DNA from: a virus
Reading direction: 5' to 3' (one strand)
DNA length: 64,000 nt
UHGV virus genome: UHGV-0027388
The notes beneath the pieces are model-generated. The model did not search any database, had not been told where the DNA came from, and saw only the letters and a list, made by a program, of their open reading frames with translations. Below are positions 34,220-45,535 of the stretch, in pieces. How positions within the stretch are numbered: the stretch's first letter is position 1; every line of letters begins with the position of its first letter. The translations under genes were made by a program, and so were the position numbers.

Positions 34220-36009
34220 ATCGTTTTGCAGAAATGCGGGAAATGCAGTTCTCCTCTTTTCCTAAGATTTATGAAAAGATGCGCCAGCTTTCAAAGCAGT
34301 ATGGCGATATGTCAACGGGGAGCCTGATTTCCGCTTTTACAAAGGCCACAAGCGGGCAATATTCGCTCGGAAATCCCTACATTCAGAACAGGAGAGTTAA
34401 GGAAATATCCTCACTCCCCAGAGATTACAGCAAAGACCAGGTTGTTGAAATGCTCCGCAACCCAAACGGAAACGAAAAGCCGCTGAGAGAGGTTGCGCAC
34501 ACGTTGGAATATACGGCATACCCGCAGTTCCACCTACGAAAAGTATATCAAGAACTTCTGACGTACCACAACTTTATTTCCCCCGCTTATGCAGATGAGA
34601 CAGATGTTAAGTCTCAGGACTTCTGGCGGGAGTGGAAGTTACTTGAGAAAATCAGAGCTGAACTGAACCCTGCCGATGTGGCACATAAAGCAGCAGGACA
34701 AGCACTCGTTGAAGGGAAGGTATTCTACCACCCCAGAGTGAGCGCAGACAAGGCGCACAATTCCGTCAATCATGCGTTCGTTCAGCAGCTTCCCTCTGAC
34801 TGGACTAAGATTGTGGGATTCAACAACAAGAGCAAATATACCATTGCTTTCAACCTTTTCTATTTTTTGCAACCCGGCGCTGACCCGCTCCAATTCGGAA
34901 AATTGTTCTTGCCGTATCTCGACCAATTCAACGACGTGTTGAACATTGCTCCACCCGCCGGAACCGGAAAGGGAATTGTGTACGCTTCAACTCAGAATGT
35001 GGCCGTTGACATGAACAAATTCAACAAGATGAGTCAGACTCGCCACCTGAACGGAAATCCAGATGTTTACTATCAGGGTGGAAAATGGTTCTACTGGGTC
35101 ACACTTCCTGTTGACAGCGTTTTCACATTTGAAGTCGATGACGCGAATGCAAATGTTGTTTCTCCGTTTACCGGGCTATATATATCAATGCTACAAATTG
35201 CCCAGTACGAGCAAATCCAGCTTGAGCTTGTTCAAAACCCGTTAATTGCCCTCATCACTGGCGAGATACCTTATAGAGATGACAACAAGGCTGATGCAGA
35301 CGATGCATACAAGCTGTCTAATGCAGGGCGGCAGCTATTTGAAGCCCTCTGGTATCAGATGATGAGCGAGAACAATACGAGCGGCATTGGCTTGTACATG
35401 GCTCCGTTGGAGAACATCACGATGCATCAGTTAGCCGAAGCACCGTCCGCGACAGAAATAAGCACCAACGGGTACAGTTACACCATCGATAAAGCCGGTA
35501 TGGCGGGAATTATCCCGACAAGCGGAGATACAAGAGCTGGAACAGCAAATATATCCTACGCGATTGAAAGTAAGTTTGCTCAACCGATATACTCTTGCAT
35601 GGAAAACATGATGTGCCGCATCATAGCTGGACTCCACCTTAAATATGATTGGGAGTTTAAAATGTTCGGCTCCCTTGCGACAGACGAGAAGATGGAGGAG
35701 GCGTCCAGAACAGGCGCTACGCTAGGCATAATGAGTGACCAGCTCACATATCTGGCATTGCACGACCGAAGCCTGTTGAACGATATTTCCATTTCCAGAG
35801 CCATAGATGCAAGCGGAATCATGGAGCTGAGAAAGCCGCTTTCAAGCACTTTTGGCGCAAGCAAGGATTCCAGTTCGTCCAATAGCGGTGAGAAAGAAAA
35901 AGCAGAATCGCCAGAGATTAAGAAATCGCTGAATCCGGGCGGGCGCCCTTCCACAGGAGATGCAGCAACCACGGATGGACAGGAAGGCGATTTGGACAGC
36001 GGGGTGTAA
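34216..36009 (+). CDS. portal protein (putative)
   Basis: 597 aa. Assigned by position after the terminase and by size. Acidic, Gly/Ser-rich C-terminus. Confidence 0.6.
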   Translation: MNRFAEMREMQFSSFPKIYEKMRQLSKQYGDMSTGSLISAFTKATSGQYSLGNPYIQNRRVKEISSLPRDYSKDQVVEMLRNPNGNEKPLREVAHTLEYTAYPQFHLRKVYQELLTYHNFISPAYADETDVKSQDFWREWKLLEKIRAELNPADVAHKAAGQALVEGKVFYHPRVSADKAHNSVNHAFVQQLPSDWTKIVGFNNKSKYTIAFNLFYFLQPGADPLQFGKLFLPYLDQFNDVLNIAPPAGTGKGIVYASTQNVAVDMNKFNKMSQTRHLNGNPDVYYQGGKWFYWVTLPVDSVFTFEVDDANANVVSPFTGLYISMLQIAQYEQIQLELVQNPLIALITGEIPYRDDNKADADDAYKLSNAGRQLFEALWYQMMSENNTSGIGLYMAPLENITMHQLAEAPSATEISTNGYSYTIDKAGMAGIIPTSGDTRAGTANISYAIESKFAQPIYSCMENMMCRIIAGLHLKYDWEFKMFGSLATDEKMEEASRTGATLGIMSDQLTYLALHDRSLLNDISISRAIDASGIMELRKPLSSTFGASKDSSSSNSGEKEKAESPEIKKSLNPGGRPSTGDAATTDGQEGDLDSGV

Positions 36010-36010
36010 T

Positions 36011-36175
36011 ATGGCAATTTACTTGACTGCTGATGACCTGCATTGCATCAACCAAGCCTTGAGCAAGGGTGATGATGTGGAGATACGAAAAACACCGGAT
36101 GGTGTCAAAATCACCGCCAAGTCCGTGAGAACCATAAAGAAGAAGCAGGAGCGAAAACTTCCTAACACAAAATGA
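36011..36175 (+). CDS. hypothetical small protein (54 aa)
   Basis: ATG immediately after the portal stop. Internal start of ORF 35960..36175. Confidence 0.35.
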   Translation: MAIYLTADDLHCINQALSKGDDVEIRKTPDGVKITAKSVRTIKKKQERKLPNTK

Positions 36176-36287
36176 ACACTATTCCACTCCGCAAACGGGC
36201 AGAGTGAAGAGCCAAACGGGGCTGAATTTGTACAATTTTCGTACAGGTTCAGCCCCGTTTTTATATCCCGGAAAAGGAGGTGAAAGC

Positions 36288-36830
36288 ATGGCTAAAGCAT
36301 ATGACATTTTCAATTATGATAGCGCCCTATATGGCGTTATGCGAGACCCGACAAGACGTGCCACTCAGGCTTGCCAGAACGCAAACAGGGCGCTAGATAC
36401 GCTGAAAGAGAGAGTTCTCATCGAGTTTGGACTTCCGAACACATCTGAATACATCCACAATCTCGCCCACTGGTTTCCACCATTCTTTGACAGAATCGGA
36501 GACATACTGCATCAACGGCATCTGACACAGGAGTATCCAGAAACACCGGAATATAAGGAACGGCCAGCAGACTTGGACGGAGTTTTCGGAGAGATTATCC
36601 GACTACTAGACGAAGTTCAAAATGCGCTCCATCAATGCGTAGTGACTGCGGATGATAATAACCTATATCCACTAGGCAGACAGTTTGAGAACCTAGAAGC
36701 AGATAACTCTAAGCTATATGAGCAAATCTTGTACGCATGGAATATGTTTGACGCTTCCGAGGACAGCGCCACCAGCTACGACAACTGGGTTGCCCAGTAT
36801 CTACTTAAAGATTGGACTGATGAGCATTGA
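36288..36830 (+). CDS. hypothetical head-morphogenesis protein (180 aa)
   Basis: GGAAAAGGAGGTG RBS. Internal start of ORF 36204..36830. Confidence 0.5.
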   Translation: MAKAYDIFNYDSALYGVMRDPTRRATQACQNANRALDTLKERVLIEFGLPNTSEYIHNLAHWFPPFFDRIGDILHQRHLTQEYPETPEYKERPADLDGVFGEIIRLLDEVQNALHQCVVTADDNNLYPLGRQFENLEADNSKLYEQILYAWNMFDASEDSATSYDNWVAQYLLKDWTDEH

Positions 36831-38194
36831 GCAGATTTAAGACACCGAACCGCGAATACGGGGCGGGCGAACTGAAAGTGCTACAACGGCTCAATAAATA
36901 CGAATTTGCCGTAGAGCTTTGGGTTATGCGTGAAGGCCCTAATAGAAACAAATGGGACTACCGTAATATAAGGGAACACTATCTCTCATTCCGTGGAGCG
37001 CCTATCCTGTGCGCCTACGTTGGACGAGAAATAGGAGACGGCCACAATATGCGGGAAACCAGAAACCCCAAGACAGGAGAAAGCTACTACACATTCACAG
37101 ACGGAACCGCCGAACGAATTGTAGGAACTATTTCCGACGATGAGAAAGACCTATCTCTCGCTGAGAGGGACGGCCATACATGGATTGTAGCCAAAGGACG
37201 GCTTTGGTCGTTCTACGCCCCGGAACTGGTTGACAAAATCGTGCGTACAGGGCGCATGGAGGTGTCCGCCGAGACTGAGGTTGAGCCAGGGGAGAAAGAC
37301 GAAAAAGGAAATGAAGTCTATACGAACTGGACGGGCGTTGGTGTCACGATCCTCGGCGACAATGTACCACCTGCTATTCCGGGTGCCAGAATTGCCGCAC
37401 TAACCGCAATGCAGAACGAATTTAAGGAAATGAAGCTCCGTGTTGCATCGCTTTCCAGCGAACAAAACAAGCCGAATTCAACCCGAAAAGGAGTGAAACA
37501 AATGAACAACAAGCAGGCAATTTCCCGCCTTGCTTCCAAGTTCGACGGTTATAGAATCGTCGGCCTGTCCGAAGATGGCATGAGAGCCGCACTGGTGGAT
37601 TCCGCCGGTCGTGCTTACAGCTATACCTTTAATCAGGAGGACGGAGAGGAAATTATTCAAGCTCGTATCAAGCCCGCAAACCTGTCTGCTTTCTATCGTT
37701 TCGACGGAGAGGACGCAGATGTTTATGTGGACATTGCAGACATCACAGAGTATGTCGCCGCAAATGCCCGCACAAAGAGCGAGTCAGACGATGCCAAGAT
37801 TGCCGATCTCAGCAAGCAGCTCAGTGACGCTACAGCCGAGCTTGAAACCATGCGCAAGGCAGAACACGCCCGCCGCATCCAGTCCGTGAAAGATATTCTG
37901 AAAGCGACTGTCGCTTCAATTCGTAAAGCCGCCGATGACGAAGATGATGATCCGGCTGATGATGCGGATGAAATTGAGAAGAACGCCGAGGACTACGCTT
38001 GCATGGAAGCTGACGGTAAGTTTGTGGGCGACCAGAAGGCCGCACACGATCTGATGGCGCGTTGCATGGAAAAGAAGCTAAAGAGAGCCAATAACTCCCG
38101 TAAGAAGGCCTACATTTGGGATTCTGACAACGGCGAAGATGGCGGCTCCGACTCCGGCATCGACGAACTGCTGTCCTACTTCGATAACAAGTAA
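36827..38194 (+). CDS. putative scaffold/prohead-maturation protein (455 aa)
   Basis: Assigned by position before the capsid genes. Coiled-coil, acidic C-terminal half. Confidence 0.5.
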   Translation: MSRFKTPNREYGAGELKVLQRLNKYEFAVELWVMREGPNRNKWDYRNIREHYLSFRGAPILCAYVGREIGDGHNMRETRNPKTGESYYTFTDGTAERIVGTISDDEKDLSLAERDGHTWIVAKGRLWSFYAPELVDKIVRTGRMEVSAETEVEPGEKDEKGNEVYTNWTGVGVTILGDNVPPAIPGARIAALTAMQNEFKEMKLRVASLSSEQNKPNSTRKGVKQMNNKQAISRLASKFDGYRIVGLSEDGMRAALVDSAGRAYSYTFNQEDGEEIIQARIKPANLSAFYRFDGEDADVYVDIADITEYVAANARTKSESDDAKIADLSKQLSDATAELETMRKAEHARRIQSVKDILKATVASIRKAADDEDDDPADDADEIEKNAEDYACMEADGKFVGDQKAAHDLMARCMEKKLKRANNSRKKAYIWDSDNGEDGGSDSGIDELLSYFDNK

Positions 38195-38208
38195 AGGAGT
38201 GATATAAA

Positions 38209-38832
38209 ATGGCAACTATCGCTAAGACTGCGTTTGAGGTCAAAATCTCCAACCATGAGTTTGACTCCATCGCTAACATTACGGGCTATTTCCAGACTGA
38301 TGGCGCGGCTGACATTTGCCCTGCCGGTATGCTGTGCATTCGTGACACGCTGACTGACAACGACGGCTATACATCAGTTGGCCCCAGCGATGCGCAGGTC
38401 ACTATCAAGAACATGAACACATGGACAATGAAGGTTGCACCCGCCGCCACCGCCGCTCAGACTGGCATTTATGCTTGCAATCCTTTTGATGTCAACATGA
38501 TTACCGACCCAGTTACTGGTGCCGTTTACAAGGTCGGCTCCAACACGCTAGGCCTTCCCGCTCCTGCCGGATACCCCGTCACATTCACCAAGATTGAGTT
38601 CAACAACAACAATGTGTACCGATTCGGCGTGGGTAATGTCAACGGGACTGTCACAAACCAGACATTCTTCACGATTGCAAACGGCCTGCTCGTTCCCGCT
38701 GCCGCTGCGCCCACTACGGCTGATGCTCCGTACTTCCAGCTTGTCGGAAGCGGCACATTTACCGTTGGAGCCTCTGCTGGATTCGGCTACTATGATCTCC
38801 GCGCCTGCAAGACTGTGGCCGCTGCGGGCTAA
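38209..38832 (+). CDS. head protein (possible decoration or minor capsid, 207 aa)
   Basis: AAGGAG RBS. Gly/Ala/Thr-rich. Confidence 0.5.
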   Translation: MATIAKTAFEVKISNHEFDSIANITGYFQTDGAADICPAGMLCIRDTLTDNDGYTSVGPSDAQVTIKNMNTWTMKVAPAATAAQTGIYACNPFDVNMITDPVTGAVYKVGSNTLGLPAPAGYPVTFTKIEFNNNNVYRFGVGNVNGTVTNQTFFTIANGLLVPAAAAPTTADAPYFQLVGSGTFTVGASAGFGYYDLRACKTVAAAG

Positions 38833-38851
38833 CGGAAAGGAGTGATTTTAA

Positions 38852-40096
38852 ATGGCAATTAACTTTAACAGCATCAATCCTGATGTTTACAACGTAAACT
38901 CCGCTGAGTTTAACGGTGTTGAGCGTGAGCGCGCCAATATCGTTGCTATGGGACGCCTTCTGATGGCCGAGCGAAACGGACGCGACCTCAACAGTCTGCG
39001 CGCACTTGAGAACAAGGCCGCAGAGTACACCCCCCGCCTGTCAGATACTGGCGGAAAGAGCTATGCTGACATGAACCAGAAGATGCAGCGGACTCTGATG
39101 CTCTTCTGCGCTAAGCGTGCTTGCTCAGCTACTGGTGCTGTGGCTCCCGCCACCTATCAGGATTTCCTCAAGGCGCAGCGCCGCTTTATGAGCGACCGTA
39201 CCTTCCTGAACACCCTGCAAGGAATTATCCGCGAGGTAGTTACTCCCATCATCCCAACCACCATGAGCAACGCCGTCTCTTGGTTTGCCGATACCGTTAG
39301 CGTTCCTCTGGGCCAGACCTATGAGTTGGATGTTGCCAGCAACGACTTCTTTGTGTTCGAGGATGATTCCTGGGGCGCTTCCCGTTCCAAGCCCTCTAAC
39401 TACCTCTACAGCCAGCCAATCACCATCAATCCCACTCTGCGCACCGCAAAGTCCACTGTTAAGTGGTATCAGCTGGTCGGAAATAACGCCGATCTGGGCC
39501 ATGTGTTTAATGCTATTGCCGCTGGTATGTACAGCAAGATTGTCGCCCTGTGGAACAAGGCTATGACAAAGGTCGGAGACACCGGCTCCACCTACGTTCC
39601 TTCTGGCCTGCGTTTCACCAACACATCCAAGAACTGGGTTAAGGCCGCCGAACGTGTGAGCATGGTCAACGGAACTCAGTACAGCAATATCGTTGCTATC
39701 GGTATGCCGTCTGCCCTGAGCACAGCTCTTCCTTCCGGCATTGTGAACGGCTCCAGCACGAATCTTGACGCGGCTCTGTCTACCATGCTTGGTCTGGACT
39801 ATACCCGTTACGGATTCATGGGCGAGTACATGGGTGTTCGTCTGCATCCTCTACAGGGCGCTATTGTCCCAGGCACTCAGAACAGCACTGTGACCAACAT
39901 CGTCCCCGACAATAAGATTTGGATGATGGCCACCGCTGGCTACAAGCCCGTTTACATCGGTCTTGAGGAGGGCGGAGACATTACTATCCAGCTCGACCCC
40001 AGCGAGACTGCGGACATGACCATCGACATCATGGTTTCTATGAGCATCGAGGCCGTTCCTGTCTGCGCGTCCAAGATTGCCATTATCACCGTGTGA
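38852..40096 (+). CDS. putative major capsid protein (414 aa)
   Basis: Assigned by position, size and strong RBS. Confidence 0.55.
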   Translation: MAINFNSINPDVYNVNSAEFNGVERERANIVAMGRLLMAERNGRDLNSLRALENKAAEYTPRLSDTGGKSYADMNQKMQRTLMLFCAKRACSATGAVAPATYQDFLKAQRRFMSDRTFLNTLQGIIREVVTPIIPTTMSNAVSWFADTVSVPLGQTYELDVASNDFFVFEDDSWGASRSKPSNYLYSQPITINPTLRTAKSTVKWYQLVGNNADLGHVFNAIAAGMYSKIVALWNKAMTKVGDTGSTYVPSGLRFTNTSKNWVKAAERVSMVNGTQYSNIVAIGMPSALSTALPSGIVNGSSTNLDAALSTMLGLDYTRYGFMGEYMGVRLHPLQGAIVPGTQNSTVTNIVPDNKIWMMATAGYKPVYIGLEEGGDITIQLDPSETADMTIDIMVSMSIEAVPVCASKIAIITV

Positions 40097-40203
40097 TACG
40101 GCACCAGAGGCGGTTATTCCGCCTCTGGATATGCAGATAAGGGTATAGCGCCGGTTCAACTCCGGCAATCTGCCTACAAAGCCGAAAACAAGGAGGAATT
40201 GAT

Positions 40204-41007
40204 ATGGCTAGAGGTGCAAAGACACCAGAAGAGAAGGCAGCTTTCGCTGAAAAGATGAAGGCCGCACGAGCTGAGAAGGCCGCAGAAAAGAAGCTGGCTG
40301 AGAAGGAAGCACAAGAGAAGAAGGCTGATGTGCAGCCGGAGAATACCGCTATCGAAGAAGCAAGCAAGGTAAACGAATCTCAATCTGCCGAGATCGAATT
40401 GCTGAAAAAGCAGGTCGAAAGCCTGATGGCACAGCTTCAAACAAAGCAGACTACGCAGGTTATCAATGTCATGCAAGACACCGAGAAGGTGATTCTGCGC
40501 TGGCAAGCGGAGGTTGCGGACGATAATACCGAAATTTTTGGGCCGAACGGTATGTACGGCCAAGTTACAGGCAAAACGGGAAAGGTAATTGTTCCAAAAT
40601 CTGAGTGGAGCAGATTCTACACTGATTCCGTTCGCTGGAGAATTGATAACCGCTGGCTGATCGTCCTCTCCGGCCTTACCGATGATGAGAGAGAAATTTA
40701 CCGTTGCAACTACAGGGAAGGCGAAGTATTGGATGAACAGGCATTCACCAAGCTGGTTGAAATGCGAGATGGCCTTCTGGATATTTTCTCTGATCTGTGC
40801 ATTCCGAACCAAGAGTTTGTTGCGCAGAGATTCATTCAGGCGTGGTATGACGGCACTATCACAAGCGACGACCGCCAGCTTATCACTAAGCTGAACCAGA
40901 TGAGCAGAGCCGCATACGAAAAGGCTGGAATCCCAGCCTCCGACTATCGCGCAAAAGGAGCGTTTATGCCACTAATTGAGTGGATGAACGCAAAGGAAGT
41001 CCAATAA
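40204..41007 (+). CDS. hypothetical structural protein (267 aa) with an N-terminal coiled coil
   Basis: ORF-table entry. Confidence 0.5.
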   Translation: MARGAKTPEEKAAFAEKMKAARAEKAAEKKLAEKEAQEKKADVQPENTAIEEASKVNESQSAEIELLKKQVESLMAQLQTKQTTQVINVMQDTEKVILRWQAEVADDNTEIFGPNGMYGQVTGKTGKVIVPKSEWSRFYTDSVRWRIDNRWLIVLSGLTDDEREIYRCNYREGEVLDEQAFTKLVEMRDGLLDIFSDLCIPNQEFVAQRFIQAWYDGTITSDDRQLITKLNQMSRAAYEKAGIPASDYRAKGAFMPLIEWMNAKEVQ

Positions 41008-41021
41008 TAGAGGGTGATTGA

Positions 41022-41729
41022 ATGGCAACACAATTTGCAGATGTAATTACCGGGTATGCGCTCCCTGTAATTAATGACGTGCGACTGCAAGAGGAACTCG
41101 CTAAAAATCCAGCAGTTCTGTTCCGCAGAATGTCCATATTTTTGACCGTTGCCATTCCGTCACTTAATTACCCGCCTACTCTTGTCCCGTATCTTTTGGA
41201 TGGCTTAACAGAAGCGCGATATGACGATTACTACTGGGTGGCAGGGGAATCAGAAACGGAAACGGTTATAGAAACCGGTAAAATCGGGTATGAGCTGATG
41301 AGTTGCCAACTCAATAAAGCTGCACAAGACGGAACAATCTACTCCACGCCGTACAAACAGGCAAGCTATGATCCGAAAACAGGGGAAGTTGCTTTTCCGG
41401 CAGGCATAGCCGCTGGAACGGAATTTCAGATAGACTTCTACTCCGATGGCACGTTTGCAAATGACCTCACACCTAGCATAAAGCGCCTGCTCGGCCTTGC
41501 TATCGCTATCGTATGGGATGAGAGATTTACGCGAAACTGGCTGAATATGCAGCAGAAGATACATGACAAGTCCTTTGATACCGTAAACGAGGGTACCTAT
41601 ATGCGCGAGTCCTCTAACAGGCTAGAGAAGAACAGAGCGGAGTTCTTCGCACAACTGCGAAAGTACGAACAGGACTGCGCATACGCTAAGGCCGTGAGCC
41701 GCTCAGGCAAGAGGATGGAGTTCGTTTAA
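41022..41729 (+). CDS. hypothetical structural protein (235 aa)
   Basis: ORF-table entry. Confidence 0.5.
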   Translation: MATQFADVITGYALPVINDVRLQEELAKNPAVLFRRMSIFLTVAIPSLNYPPTLVPYLLDGLTEARYDDYYWVAGESETETVIETGKIGYELMSCQLNKAAQDGTIYSTPYKQASYDPKTGEVAFPAGIAAGTEFQIDFYSDGTFANDLTPSIKRLLGLAIAIVWDERFTRNWLNMQQKIHDKSFDTVNEGTYMRESSNRLEKNRAEFFAQLRKYEQDCAYAKAVSRSGKRMEFV

Positions 41730-41735
41730 AGAGAG

Positions 41736-43148
41736 GTGATACCTATGTCCAAGATAGACAGCTACATTAAAAGCGCCTTAACTCTGGACAGAAGCATTGC
41801 CCGGAACAATAACTCTCCGTCCCAATACTCAGACCAGCTTAACCCGTACCTATATGCAGAGAGCACCGAGTTTGTACACCAGTACGCGAAGTACGCCTCT
41901 GATTTTTTTACCGTGGAATCTCAAGGGCTGAATCCGAATGATTTCTTCGATTGGGTTAGCACAAGGGCGAGAATGTCAGATGCTTCTACGGCGACCGCTG
42001 CTACAACCAAACTGGTAGATGACTTCAAAATGATCTTGTTTGAAAATCCATCTATCCTGTACTTTCCAATCGGCGCAAAGCTGAAAGCAATGGGGTCAGT
42101 GTGGATTTCAGTTAATCCGCAGAATATTTCCGCACCAACCGGATCAGGCCTTGTTCAGCGGTGCAATAGCGTTTGGAACCATCTTGATTTTTACGGGAAC
42201 ATTTTATCTGAGCCGATCTGCCTAATGAAAGCCGCTGAAATGGCAAACGACAACGACGAACAGCGGCTTACGCTCATCACGAAGGGCTATATGGATGTGC
42301 TGTGCCAATACAACAGCGAAACAAAGCAACTAAACCAAAATAGCCGTTTGATTCTAGGTTCAAGTGCTTTTTCAATCACCGGCTATACAGACTATGTTCA
42401 AGAGTTTACAGGCGACTACAACAGTGTGCATATATTGAGATTCACTGTACGGTACATGGAGCCAAATGAGACTGACGATATGGTTAATCATGTGGCGGGG
42501 GGAAAACTGTTCAGCTGGAAAATCTTGATTGATGGCACACCGACAATAGCTACGGGGACAAAGACGATATTTACCGCATCTTCAATAAGACGCGGTGAAT
42601 CAGTCGTAGCTACGTCCGAAAATCCAATCTCATACATATGGGAAAGTTCAGATGAAAGCATAGCCACTGTAGATTCCAACGGAACTGTGACTGCGATTTC
42701 ACCCGGAACCTGCACCATTACCGCCACGCTAGAACAAAATAAAAAAATTTCTTCAAGCGTACTCATATCAACATATATTTCAACGTATCTGCAAGACTCC
42801 GAGGGAGAGTACATTTTGGATAGTTCTGGTGAAAAAATCGAAACCGCGCTTTCCGACCAGCAACCGCCCGCAATATCTGAACTTAAATTTACTACAGAAC
42901 CTCCAACGGCTTTATCCATGTTTGATTCTGCAACATTAAGTGTGGCGCTCTATTCAGATGGTGTTCCGCAGGATGCAGAAATTTCTTGGGACTTATCTGG
43001 GGCGCCGAAAGAATCTTACAAATTCTTAATACAGGACCAAAACAGCATCAAAATAACCTGCTTTAGGGGTTCAGAAACTCAGCTCCAAATCAAAGCGAGC
43101 ACCGGAGAAAAAGCAATAACAACCGCTATTAGACTTATAGGGATGTGA
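41736..43148 (+). CDS. structural protein with C-terminal Ig-like (BIG2-type) domains
   Basis: YIWESSDESIATVDSNGTVTAISPGTCTITAT matches the Ig-like fold signature. Confidence 0.55.
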   Translation: MIPMSKIDSYIKSALTLDRSIARNNNSPSQYSDQLNPYLYAESTEFVHQYAKYASDFFTVESQGLNPNDFFDWVSTRARMSDASTATAATTKLVDDFKMILFENPSILYFPIGAKLKAMGSVWISVNPQNISAPTGSGLVQRCNSVWNHLDFYGNILSEPICLMKAAEMANDNDEQRLTLITKGYMDVLCQYNSETKQLNQNSRLILGSSAFSITGYTDYVQEFTGDYNSVHILRFTVRYMEPNETDDMVNHVAGGKLFSWKILIDGTPTIATGTKTIFTASSIRRGESVVATSENPISYIWESSDESIATVDSNGTVTAISPGTCTITATLEQNKKISSSVLISTYISTYLQDSEGEYILDSSGEKIETALSDQQPPAISELKFTTEPPTALSMFDSATLSVALYSDGVPQDAEISWDLSGAPKESYKFLIQDQNSIKITCFRGSETQLQIKASTGEKAITTAIRLIGM

Positions 43149-43348
43149 TGAAATGGAAAAATGTAAATTTGCGTTCAGAAAACCGGGCGATGCAAGCATT
43201 CACTGCGAGTTGCTTACAAAATACAACGCAAGCCAATGTGCCCACCAGTATTACTGCAAGCGCAGTCGCCGGTGGGAGGCAAGCCCACAGTCAAACACCT
43301 GTCCTATCAGGGTAAGAGAACTCGAAAATTCCACGAAAAAGGAAGGAA

Positions 43349-43945
43349 ATGAAGATGGAATTCGTAAGACTGCAAAAAGAGGACATAAAGTCAGCAGCTG
43401 ACTACCTGCCAATGCTTGAAAAGCGCAAGTTCCTCACACTTGCCGCCGCAAATTGTATTGAACGCATTTCGGTCAGTTTGGAAGAGCCGGATGAGTATAG
43501 TATGCCTATGCCGGACTACTACAAAGAAAATCAGGCCCAAATGCACCGATACCTCATGGGCGCGTTCGTCAAGCTATATCTAAAAAAGGAATTTGAACCA
43601 ATCGCAGGTGATGATTACCTGATGGCGCAGGATGATTTCGACCGCTGGGCGGGCGGTCATGTTTTCAACCAGATTGACCGAGCCAAGAAAGACACTGAAC
43701 TCAAGGACAAGTGCTTTGATATTCTGGAGGACTATAACAATCTGCGCCGGATGTTTTACGCAGAAGTTCACTCCCTCCTAGCCACGATGAACGACCCGTG
43801 CCAGCGCATCATGGCAATGCTTCAAATGCAAGGAACACCCGAAAATGTAAGCAAAAGTATTGAGGAAGTGGAGCGCCTGAAAAAGGAATGGGAAGCAACG
43901 AGAAAGCAAGTTGGTGATTCTTATGCCGCCGCAAGTGCCATTTGA
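43349..43945 (+). CDS. hypothetical head-tail joining protein (198 aa)
   Basis: ORF-table entry. Confidence 0.45.
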   Translation: MKMEFVRLQKEDIKSAADYLPMLEKRKFLTLAAANCIERISVSLEEPDEYSMPMPDYYKENQAQMHRYLMGAFVKLYLKKEFEPIAGDDYLMAQDDFDRWAGGHVFNQIDRAKKDTELKDKCFDILEDYNNLRRMFYAEVHSLLATMNDPCQRIMAMLQMQGTPENVSKSIEEVERLKKEWEATRKQVGDSYAAASAI

Positions 43946-44627
43946 CTCCCCATTTTATCCGTATGAAAAGACCCAAACTGGGTTTTCCGGGTTCAGAGGG
44001 GCGGAACAAATTCCGTATAAAATCATACAGTATCTTCTAGACCTGCCGGACGCAAACGGTTATGAGCCAGCAGACGATAATACGAGACCGAGAGTCCGAC
44101 TGATGAAGTACCTTTGGTACGACGGCGCAAATCCCCTGGAACATCCGCTTCCTACTCCGAAAGAGAAATTGTCTTTGCTTTTTAACGGTGACGAACCGGT
44201 TTTAAACACAGACGAACTCAAAGCGAAGCATCCTAAAGGCTACCGCATATTCCCACAAGTTCTCTGGGGGCAGAGCCAGAAGGACGCACAAAGCACACTG
44301 AAAATCTATATGGACAGGTCTGTTGCTCTCACGGATTTCAAGACAAGTCTGGGGATTACATTTGAAATTATGACAAATGCCCATACAGACGGCAACACAC
44401 GCACAGATGCATATTCACGGACATATGACATGGAACAGTGCCTCCTAGAAGCGCTGCATGGCGTGAATATTGCAGGTGTCGGTGTTCTCGACTTCGCCCG
44501 CAGTTCTCACGGAGATGCAGGAAGTAATGCCATATACGACACATCCGGCACGAATGTTGGGCGAGAGCTACATATGAGTGTCCTATGGATGGACAGCAAC
44601 GCAGAAGCGATAAACGACTATCAGTAA
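43911..44627 (+). CDS. hypothetical structural protein (238 aa)
   Basis: ORF-table entry. Confidence 0.45.
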   Translation: MVILMPPQVPFDSPFYPYEKTQTGFSGFRGAEQIPYKIIQYLLDLPDANGYEPADDNTRPRVRLMKYLWYDGANPLEHPLPTPKEKLSLLFNGDEPVLNTDELKAKHPKGYRIFPQVLWGQSQKDAQSTLKIYMDRSVALTDFKTSLGITFEIMTNAHTDGNTRTDAYSRTYDMEQCLLEALHGVNIAGVGVLDFARSSHGDAGSNAIYDTSGTNVGRELHMSVLWMDSNAEAINDYQ

Positions 44628-44651
44628 TGATCTGGGGAAGGATGAAGGAAG

Positions 44652-45530
44652 TTGAAACTCCCAGCTCAATATATAAAAGCTATCGGTCGCTATGAACCGA
44701 TTAGGTTCGGCGATGTGGTAGCATACCCAATTTTGATGGACGAATACGAAGAATTTTTGTCCGCAAAACCAGCGATTGAAGCAATGCAGCAAACATTTAA
44801 AGTCAGATACGCTGTAAAGCCGCTTCTCTCCGCGCTGTATGCAATGGATATGGATTCGGTCTTGGGTGGAGAGCAGCCACTGGGGTTGTTCAACTGCGCA
44901 CTTGCGTTCTTGGCGCTCTCCTTACGGCTTGGGAGAGGAAAGAGCTTAGAGGAGCGCGTTAGACAATTCCAGCTGATGTACTCCAAAACAGACCCTACCG
45001 ACCTCCAACGCATAGCATATACTCAAACCATCAACGGGAAGGAGCAGGAAATATCTATATCCCCTGTCCTGTTTTCTGAGATGCGCCCTGTACTCGCAGC
45101 TCAGAACGGGATAGAGCTTATAGATGAAGCGGATAACCCGGAACTAATCCAAGCTGAGCGAGACATCGCAGAGCTGAATTGCCCACCAATGAAGCAAGAC
45201 ATCTACGCTGCCATTTCTACGGTCGCAACGTTTTCACACTGTGACGAGTCAGAGATAAATTCATGGCCAATCTTAAAGTTTGATTATAGAAGAAAAGCCA
45301 TTCAGCGTAGTCTCGATTACGTTATATGCTCCATCAACGAGGGAGCAGGGTGCAAGTTCAAGGGCGGCAACCCGTGTCCCAGTCCTTTCTTCGATAAACT
45401 CAAAACGAGCAATAGCGGTCTTATGGCCTTGTCCAGTTTCGCTGGAGGTCAAGGCGAAAAGGCCGTTATGCAACAGATGGCAACCGGTGCTCAAAATGCA
45501 CCACCGCCGGAATTTCAACAGAAGGAGTGA
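44652..45530 (+). CDS. hypothetical structural protein (292 aa)
   Basis: ORF-table entry. Confidence 0.45.
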   Translation: MKLPAQYIKAIGRYEPIRFGDVVAYPILMDEYEEFLSAKPAIEAMQQTFKVRYAVKPLLSALYAMDMDSVLGGEQPLGLFNCALAFLALSLRLGRGKSLEERVRQFQLMYSKTDPTDLQRIAYTQTINGKEQEISISPVLFSEMRPVLAAQNGIELIDEADNPELIQAERDIAELNCPPMKQDIYAAISTVATFSHCDESEINSWPILKFDYRRKAIQRSLDYVICSINEGAGCKFKGGNPCPSPFFDKLKTSNSGLMALSSFAGGQGEKAVMQQMATGAQNAPPPEFQQKE

Positions 45531-45535
45531 AATAA